From contig CBDCWP010000043.1 in NCBI GenBank assembly GCA_965223505.1, positions 1 to 64,000 of the forward strand: 64,000 nt of DNA. Direction: 5' to 3'. Positions 58,263 to 64,000 of the stretch are shown one piece after another (position 1 is the stretch's first letter; every line of letters starts with the position of its first letter). The translations under genes and the position numbers were made by a program. The notes below the pieces were generated by a model. The model was not told the DNA's origin. It saw only the letters and a list, made by a program, of their open reading frames with translations, and searched no databases. This stretch comes from Planctomycetota bacterium (lineage in GTDB: Bacteria; Planctomycetota; PLA2; JAEUHO01).

Positions 58263-60120
58263 GCTCGAGGTGCTGTCCTCGAGCGAGGTCGAGCGAGCGG
58301 TCCGGGATCTTCCGGTATCCGTCGGGCGTCGGAACGACGAGACGGTAGCGACCCGGGCCCGGCGCGCGGACGTGCAGCTGCTGTGACCCGCGGTCGAACC
58401 ACAGGTCCGTTTGGTCCTCGCCGTCTTCGTCGTAGAGCTGCGGGTAGCGGATCTTGTCGATCGGAACGACCGTCTCCCCCTCCCGGAAACGAAGCGTCAC
58501 GGACTCGGTGTGTTCGAGCAGGAGCGTCAGCTCGTTCGATCCGCTGGATGCGGTCAGCTCCCGCTCCGCTTCCCGGAACAACGGGCCGGCGGCCTCCACC
58601 CGCAGCTTGCCGACGGGTACGTGCGCGATCCACACGGCCTGCTCGGGATCCCACGCGAACGACCCGCGCGAGCGCATCTTCGCGCCCCGTGTGAAGTCGA
58701 CCTCGATGCCGGTCGTGATCGCGTCGTCGCGTGCGTCCACGACCTTCACGCGCAGCTCGCAGATCTCGGGCACCGCGACGACGGCATCCTCGAGCCCGTC
58801 GTTGCCGACCTCGAACGTCGCCGAGACGGCGACGGGCATGACGGTCACGGTCCAGGTGCCGGTCGTGATCTCGCCCGCACTCCAACGCAGAAAGCCGGGC
58901 TGCTTGGGGTCGGCCTTCAGCTGCTTCGCTTCGATGATGATCATGCGCCGGGGCGCGGCGGGGTCCTCGGTCGTCACCCAGAGGAACAAGGGCGTTGGAC
59001 CGCGTCTTGCATGCGTTCGCAGCACACCGGATAGCGGGACCGTGCGGACGTCGGGCGAAGGTGCGAGCTCCAGCGTGATCGATGAGCGCTCCCCGGAACG
59101 AACCTCGATGCGTGCCTCCGCCAGCTCGGGCGTCGCTACACGATTGCCGCGATAGCGACCGCCGAGAGCGCGAATCCAGTAGGGTCCGGGCGGCAACCCC
59201 TCGATGATCACCGGCTCGTGACCGGCGAGGCGAAACTCCAGATGATCCCATTCCGCCCTGTCCCGAGCGGCTGACCGGTCGCGCGCGACCAGCCACGCGT
59301 TCTTGCCCGGCAGCGCACCGCTGAAGTGAACCTCCAGATCGCCACCGCGCCGAAGCGCGACGCGATGCTCGCCCCCGACGCGGTGATCCACGGCAACGTG
59401 GCCCCAGGCGTAGCCCGCGGCGCGCACGTACCACGTCGGCGTGCCGTCGCGGTCGGGAAGCGTGACGGGCGAGTCGAGGTCCTCGGCGACGAGACGCTCC
59501 TGCCACCCTTCGCTCGGGTGCAAACGGGTGTCGTCGAAGCGGTCGGCTTGAACGAGCGTCAGGCCCGTCATGGGGCGCCCGGTCTCCTCGTCTTCCACGT
59601 GCAACACCGACGGCAGCGGCCACCACGCTTCGACGAGGACGTCTTCGCCCGGCGTGACCGGGATCTCCTCCCACGTCGCGCACGCCATGCGACCGCCGAT
59701 CTTCAGGTCGGCCACGTCGATCCCCAGCGGCTGCGACGCCTCGACGCTGAAGCGCCCCTTCTCGACGCGCACGAAGGACTCGAACCGGCCGGCGCGCGTG
59801 CGCACGTCGATCGTGAACGTGCCCGACTCCTGCGTGTGCGCCTCGCCCTCCGCGTCCCTCACGACCAACATGCCGCGGAGGATCCCGCCGTTCGACTCGG
59901 CGTCGGTCCGGGTCGGATCGACGTCGCGTGCCGGCGTCGGCGCCGCCCCGGTCGAGGGCGCACCTTCCAACATCGGCGCGTTCGGATTCTCGTCCGAGGT
60001 CGTCGTCCCATTGCCGCCGCCCTCCGGCGCGACGTCGCCGGCGGAAAACGCGACGAACGCCGCCACGCCCAGGCAGGCGAGCAGCAGAGCGGCGAGCAAC
60101 AGGCGTGCGGGCGCGGGCAT
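58234..60120 (-). CDS. Exported beta-sandwich protein (carboxypeptidase-regulatory-like repeats)
   Basis: N-terminal hydrophobic anchor; GLPPG.Y and PG.Y.L.V motifs. Confidence 0.55.
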   Translation of the reverse strand: MPAPARLLLAALLLACLGVAAFVAFSAGDVAPEGGGNGTTTSDENPNAPMLEGAPSTGAAPTPARDVDPTRTDAESNGGILRGMLVVRDAEGEAHTQESGTFTIDVRTRAGRFESFVRVEKGRFSVEASQPLGIDVADLKIGGRMACATWEEIPVTPGEDVLVEAWWPLPSVLHVEDEETGRPMTGLTLVQADRFDDTRLHPSEGWQERLVAEDLDSPVTLPDRDGTPTWYVRAAGYAWGHVAVDHRVGGEHRVALRRGGDLEVHFSGALPGKNAWLVARDRSAARDRAEWDHLEFRLAGHEPVIIEGLPPGPYWIRALGGRYRGNRVATPELAEARIEVRSGERSSITLELAPSPDVRTVPLSGVLRTHARRGPTPLFLWVTTEDPAAPRRMIIIEAKQLKADPKQPGFLRWSAGEITTGTWTVTVMPVAVSATFEVGNDGLEDAVVAVPEICELRVKVVDARDDAITTGIEVDFTRGAKMRSRGSFAWDPEQAVWIAHVPVGKLRVEAAGPLFREAERELTASSGSNELTLLLEHTESVTLRFREGETVVPIDKIRYPQLYDEDGEDQTDLWFDRGSQQLHVRAPGPGRYRLVVPTPDGYRKIPDRSLDLARGQHLELTIQLKRRD

Positions 60121-60251
60121 GGCCCTATTGGACCGGATTCACGCGCGGCTTGTTTGTCCAGGTTTTCGAGATAATTATTTAGACAAATCGGTCACCTCGA
60201 CCAGGATCCCCGCTGCGAGGACGCATTTCCGACCTCGCCCGGAGCCCGGCC

Positions 60252-61222
60252 ATGCCGCAGCGCGTCTTTTCCTTCCTGGTGTTGATCCTCATGACGATTC
60301 CCACGTCCCTCGCGTCCGCCGACGTGCTCGCCGCGCCAAGCCGCGACCGCTTGCTCACGGACTTCACGGCGGCCACGCCGAATCTCGGCTGGTACGTCGT
60401 CAACGACAACGTGATGGGGGGGCGCAGCCGCGGCGGCTTCGAGACGGACGCAGGCGAGCTTCTCTTCGAGGGCCGCACCAACACGAACGGCGGCGGGTTC
60501 AGCTCGATTCGCACACGTTCGTTTCGCGCGGACCTGTCGAACCACGAGGGCATCCGGATCCGCGTCAAGGCGGACGGCCGCACGTACACCTGGCGGCTGA
60601 CGACCGATGCGCGGTACCGCGGTCGGCCGGTGAGCTACTGGGCGGACTTCGAGACGCGCAAGGGAGAGTGGGTCGACGCACGCATCCCGTTCTCTCGTTT
60701 CAAGCCGCAGTTCCGCGGCATGAAGCTGAAGGGCCCGAAGCTCGATCCGAAGCGCATTCGGGGCATGGGGTTGATGATCTACGACAAGCGCGACGGCGCG
60801 TTCGAGCTTCGGCTCGACAGTGTCCACGCCTACAGCGCCAAGCCGTCGTCCGCGCTCGCGAAGTACCGCTCGACGCGGCGCGTGCTCGTGCTCTTCGCAC
60901 CGACGCTGGAGGACGAACGGCTCGTCCAGCAGCTGTTCGACATCGGCCGCACGCAGGAGGACTTCGATGCGCGCGACATGACGCTGGTCGTCGTCAGCGG
61001 AAACACCGGCTGGTCGTCGGCGGGGACGCGCTCCCGAAGTCCGAGGTCGCCTCGCTTCGAGAGACGTTCGACGTCGACAAGCCGGCGTTCGGGCTGCGGC
61101 TCGTCGGGAAAGACGGCGGCACGAAACGATCCGCAAGCGAGCCGATGTCGATGGAATCGCTGTACGCGTTGATCGACACGATGCCGATGCGCCGCGCCGA
61201 GATGCGCGAGCGCGGCCGGTAG
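60252..61222 (+). CDS. CIA30 family domain fused to DUF4174, frameshifted near 61023
   Basis: W..VND.VMGG.S, NGGGFSSIR, ADGRTY; RVLVLFAP; the DUF4174 end LVGKDGG.K...LID.MPMRR.EM is in another frame. Confidence 0.8.
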
Positions 61223-61240
61223 TCGGCCGCGCCGCTTGCC

Positions 61241-62125
61241 ATGGGAGATTCCGTGTCGCTTCGCATTTTCGTTTCGTTGGCGATCACGATCGCCGCTGTG
61301 CCGCTCTCGGGTTGCCAGAACCGCATCCGGATCGCCACGCCCGGGCCGGTCGTCGCGAAGCAGCCTGCGACCCCTCGCGGCGAAGCCGATTGTCTCGTCG
61401 CGTCGAAGTGCCTCTGGACCTGCGGCCCGCGTCGCGGTCGTCCGTGGCACCCTTGGCAGGTGGAGCTCGAGGGCGGGCCCGTTTGGCAGACCCGCAACGA
61501 CGTCGCGTTCCCCGGCGACACCGGGACGCGGTTCGCACTCGACGAGCTGACGGGATCCGGACCCTTTCCCTACGGTCGCGTCACCGTCGACTATCAGATC
61601 GATCCGCGGCACGGCGTGCGCGCGGTCATCGCGCCGTTGACGATCTCGGAGACCGGCACGCTCGACGAGTCCGTCGTCTTCGGCGGTCAGACGTTCGCCG
61701 CCGGGGCGCGGACCAAGGCGAAGTACACGTTCAACTCCTATCGTCTGACCTACCGCTACCTCCTCTGGTGTTGCGACGACTGGTCGCTGCACGTCGGCGC
61801 CACGGCGAAGATCCGCGACGCCCAGATCGAGCTCTCCCAGGGCGGGACGACGCGGCGGACGACGGACCTCGGCTTCGTGCCGTTGCTCCATGTCGGGTTC
61901 GAGAAGCGGATCGCGCCGCGCTGGCGCTTCACGGCCGATCTCGACGCGGCCGCCGCGCCCCAAGGCCGCGCCTTCGACTTCGCCGCGAAGCTCCACTACG
62001 ACATCGACGACCGCTGGAGCATCGGCGCGGGCTACCGAACGATCGAGGGCGGCGCCGACAACGACACCGTGTATACCTTTGCGTGGCTGCACCAGGCGCT
62101 CGTTTCGGTGACGTATCGATTCTGA
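61241..62125 (+). CDS. Putative outer-membrane beta-barrel protein
   Basis: LSGC lipobox-like; alternating beta strands; C-terminal VTYRF. Confidence 0.65.
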   Translation: MGDSVSLRIFVSLAITIAAVPLSGCQNRIRIATPGPVVAKQPATPRGEADCLVASKCLWTCGPRRGRPWHPWQVELEGGPVWQTRNDVAFPGDTGTRFALDELTGSGPFPYGRVTVDYQIDPRHGVRAVIAPLTISETGTLDESVVFGGQTFAAGARTKAKYTFNSYRLTYRYLLWCCDDWSLHVGATAKIRDAQIELSQGGTTRRTTDLGFVPLLHVGFEKRIAPRWRFTADLDAAAAPQGRAFDFAAKLHYDIDDRWSIGAGYRTIEGGADNDTVYTFAWLHQALVSVTYRF

Positions 62126-62237
62126 CGATGGCCCGCCGGATCGAGATCGTTCACACTCCCGCGTACGCGCGGCCCCACCCGCCGCTTCCCTTATGCTCCC
62201 CCCGATGCCGCCCCCCGAAACGAGGAGAAGAGTCGAC

Positions 62238-63497
62238 ATGCGTTGGACCTGCATCCTCCTTGCGCTGGTGATGGTGCCGTCGGTCGCGACGGCGAGTCCC
62301 CGCGGCGGACGCAGCGGCGGCAACGGTCCGCCGCGCATGCCCCCGGCGCCCGTGCGCGTTGAGGAGGTCGTCGCGCGCAAGGTGCGCGAAGGCCGCAATT
62401 TCGTCGGCGACGTGACGCCTTCGCGCGCGTCCGTCGTGGGTTGCGGCGAGTCCGGCTACCTCGAGCGCCTGAAGGCCCGCGAAGGGCAGCGCGTCTCGGA
62501 GAACGACGAGCTGGCCTCGCTTCGCAAGGACGTCATCACCCACCAGCTCACGGCGGCGCGAGCGGCGCTTGAGCTGCGAGGTCACGAGCTGCGTGAGCTT
62601 GAGAACGGACCGCGGCCCGCGTTGCTCGAGCAGGCGAAGGCGGCGTTGGACGAAGCCGAGGTCGATCTCGAGCTCGCCAAGTACAAGCTCACGAACGCCG
62701 AGGAGCTCCGGGAGCGCAAGCGCATCGCCGAAGAGCTGGTGCGGGAGGCGCGCGACGCGGTGCGCGCGATCGAGCAACGCGTTCGCAGGCTGAAGGCGGC
62801 GCTCGCGCTGCTCGAGGAAGGCTCGCGCGAAGAGCAGATCGCCCAGGCGCGTGCGCGCAAGGCGCAGCAAGCGGCGGAAGTTCAGCGTCTCGAGGCCATC
62901 GAGAAGCGCTACACCGTCCGCGCGCCCTTCGATGGCTACGTCACGATGGAGCACGTCGAGGCAGGCCAGTGGGTCTCCGACGGCGACTCGATCGTCACCC
63001 TCGTCGCGCTCGACGTCGTGCACGTGCGTGTGCCGGTGCTCGAAGACTACGTCGTTCACCTGCGCAAGGGCGACAAGGTCACGCTGCGGCTCGGTCCGAT
63101 CCGTGATCGACTGTTCAACGGGACGATCGCGCGCATCGTGCCCGCCGCGGACCCGCGCACGCGGTCCTTCCCCGTCGAGATCGAGGTAGCGAACGAACGC
63201 ACCGAAGACGGCGGCGTGCTGCTCAAGGCGGGCATGTTTGCGCGCGCCATGCTCCCCGTCGGGGAGGAGGTGGACGCGGTGCTCGTGCCGCAGGACGCGC
63301 TCGTGCTCGGCGGCCCGTCGCCGACCGTGTTCGTCGTCGACGAGGCCTCTCAAACGGCGCGGCCGGTGCCGGTCGAGCTCGGCGTCGTGAGCAAGGGCCA
63401 GGTCGCGGTCACCGGCGCCTTGAAGCAGGGCGACCGCGTCGTGACCGCGGGCAACGAGCGGCTGCGGCCCGGCCAACCGGTCGAGATCCTGCCCTGA
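62238..63497 (+). CDS. RND efflux periplasmic adaptor (MFP)
   Basis: EG..V, coiled coil, VRAPFDG.V, D..TR.F.V, L..GMF, G.L..GD.VV..G. Confidence 0.92.
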   Translation: MRWTCILLALVMVPSVATASPRGGRSGGNGPPRMPPAPVRVEEVVARKVREGRNFVGDVTPSRASVVGCGESGYLERLKAREGQRVSENDELASLRKDVITHQLTAARAALELRGHELRELENGPRPALLEQAKAALDEAEVDLELAKYKLTNAEELRERKRIAEELVREARDAVRAIEQRVRRLKAALALLEEGSREEQIAQARARKAQQAAEVQRLEAIEKRYTVRAPFDGYVTMEHVEAGQWVSDGDSIVTLVALDVVHVRVPVLEDYVVHLRKGDKVTLRLGPIRDRLFNGTIARIVPAADPRTRSFPVEIEVANERTEDGGVLLKAGMFARAMLPVGEEVDAVLVPQDALVLGGPSPTVFVVDEASQTARPVPVELGVVSKGQVAVTGALKQGDRVVTAGNERLRPGQPVEILP

Positions 63498-64000
63498 TGG
63501 GACTCGTACAGGCCTTCGTCCGCAACCCCGTGAAGGTCACCGTCGGTGTCCTGCTGGTGGTGATGTTCGGCACGCTCGCGCTCGTCAACATGCCGATGCA
63601 GCTGACCCCCGAGGTGCAGACGCCGAAGCTCACCATCGAAACGTCGTGGCCCGGCGCGAGTCCCCAGGAGATCGAGCGCGAGATCGTCCAGGAGCAGGAG
63701 GAGCAGCTCAAGAGCGTCGAGGGCGTCGTGAAGATGTCCTCGGAGTGCATGGACTCGATGGGGCGCATCACGCTCGAGTTCACCGCCGGGCAAGACATGT
63801 CCGCCGCGCTTCTGAAGGTGAACACGCGGCTCGCGCAGGTGCGCGAGTACCCCGAGGACGCCGACGAGCCGGTCATCAACACCTCGAGCTCGTCGGACAA
63901 CCCGATCGCCTGGTTGATCTTGCGGCCGCGCGTGCCCGACGACGCCGAGATCGACGCGTTCGTCGAAGAGCATCCCGAGCTCGCGGACGCGCTCGACGGA
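63497..64000 (+). CDS. RND efflux permease (AcrB family), 5' part
   Basis: MGLVQAFVRNPVKVTVGVLL..., T.WPGASPQEIE.EI; start overlaps the MFP stop (TGATG); runs off the window. Confidence 0.9.
   Translation, partial: MGLVQAFVRNPVKVTVGVLLVVMFGTLALVNMPMQLTPEVQTPKLTIETSWPGASPQEIEREIVQEQEEQLKSVEGVVKMSSECMDSMGRITLEFTAGQDMSAALLKVNTRLAQVREYPEDADEPVINTSSSSDNPIAWLILRPRVPDDAEIDAFVEEHPELADALDG

Overview
High-GC bacterial chromosomal window. Planctomycetota is plausible from the ECF-sigma/Ser-Thr kinase pairing and the DUF1800/DUF1501 and TIGR03790-like genes (inference, not shown directly). Housekeeping genes at about 1-10.9 kb and 37.5-64 kb flank an accessory region that starts at a tRNA-Sec (selC, 10939-11037). 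The 3' part of selC is repeated at 26059-26104 and 33476-33541, implying tandem or nested integrations. The first segment carries a tyrosine integrase, an unannotated Xis-like ORF, a truncated ParB, a kinase-AAA-TPR protein, a DUF932-like gene and a complete diversity-generating retroelement (DGR). In this DGR one 120-bp template repeat (21789-21908) differs from two variable repeats (21578-21697, 25873-25992) only at template adenines (15 and 13 changes). The variable repeats encode the C-termini of two paralogous Ser/Thr kinase-PEGA-FGE/C-lectin proteins. RT and Avd lie on the opposite strand between the two targets. Other candidates: a selenoprotein (signal peptide, in-frame TGA, HEAT repeats; 44886-46610), two structured non-coding RNAs (about 241-573 and 10713-10811), GTAG-type REP doublets bracketing a three-gene block, and sigma-54 promoters. 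All family assignments are by motif recognition from memory; no searches were run.
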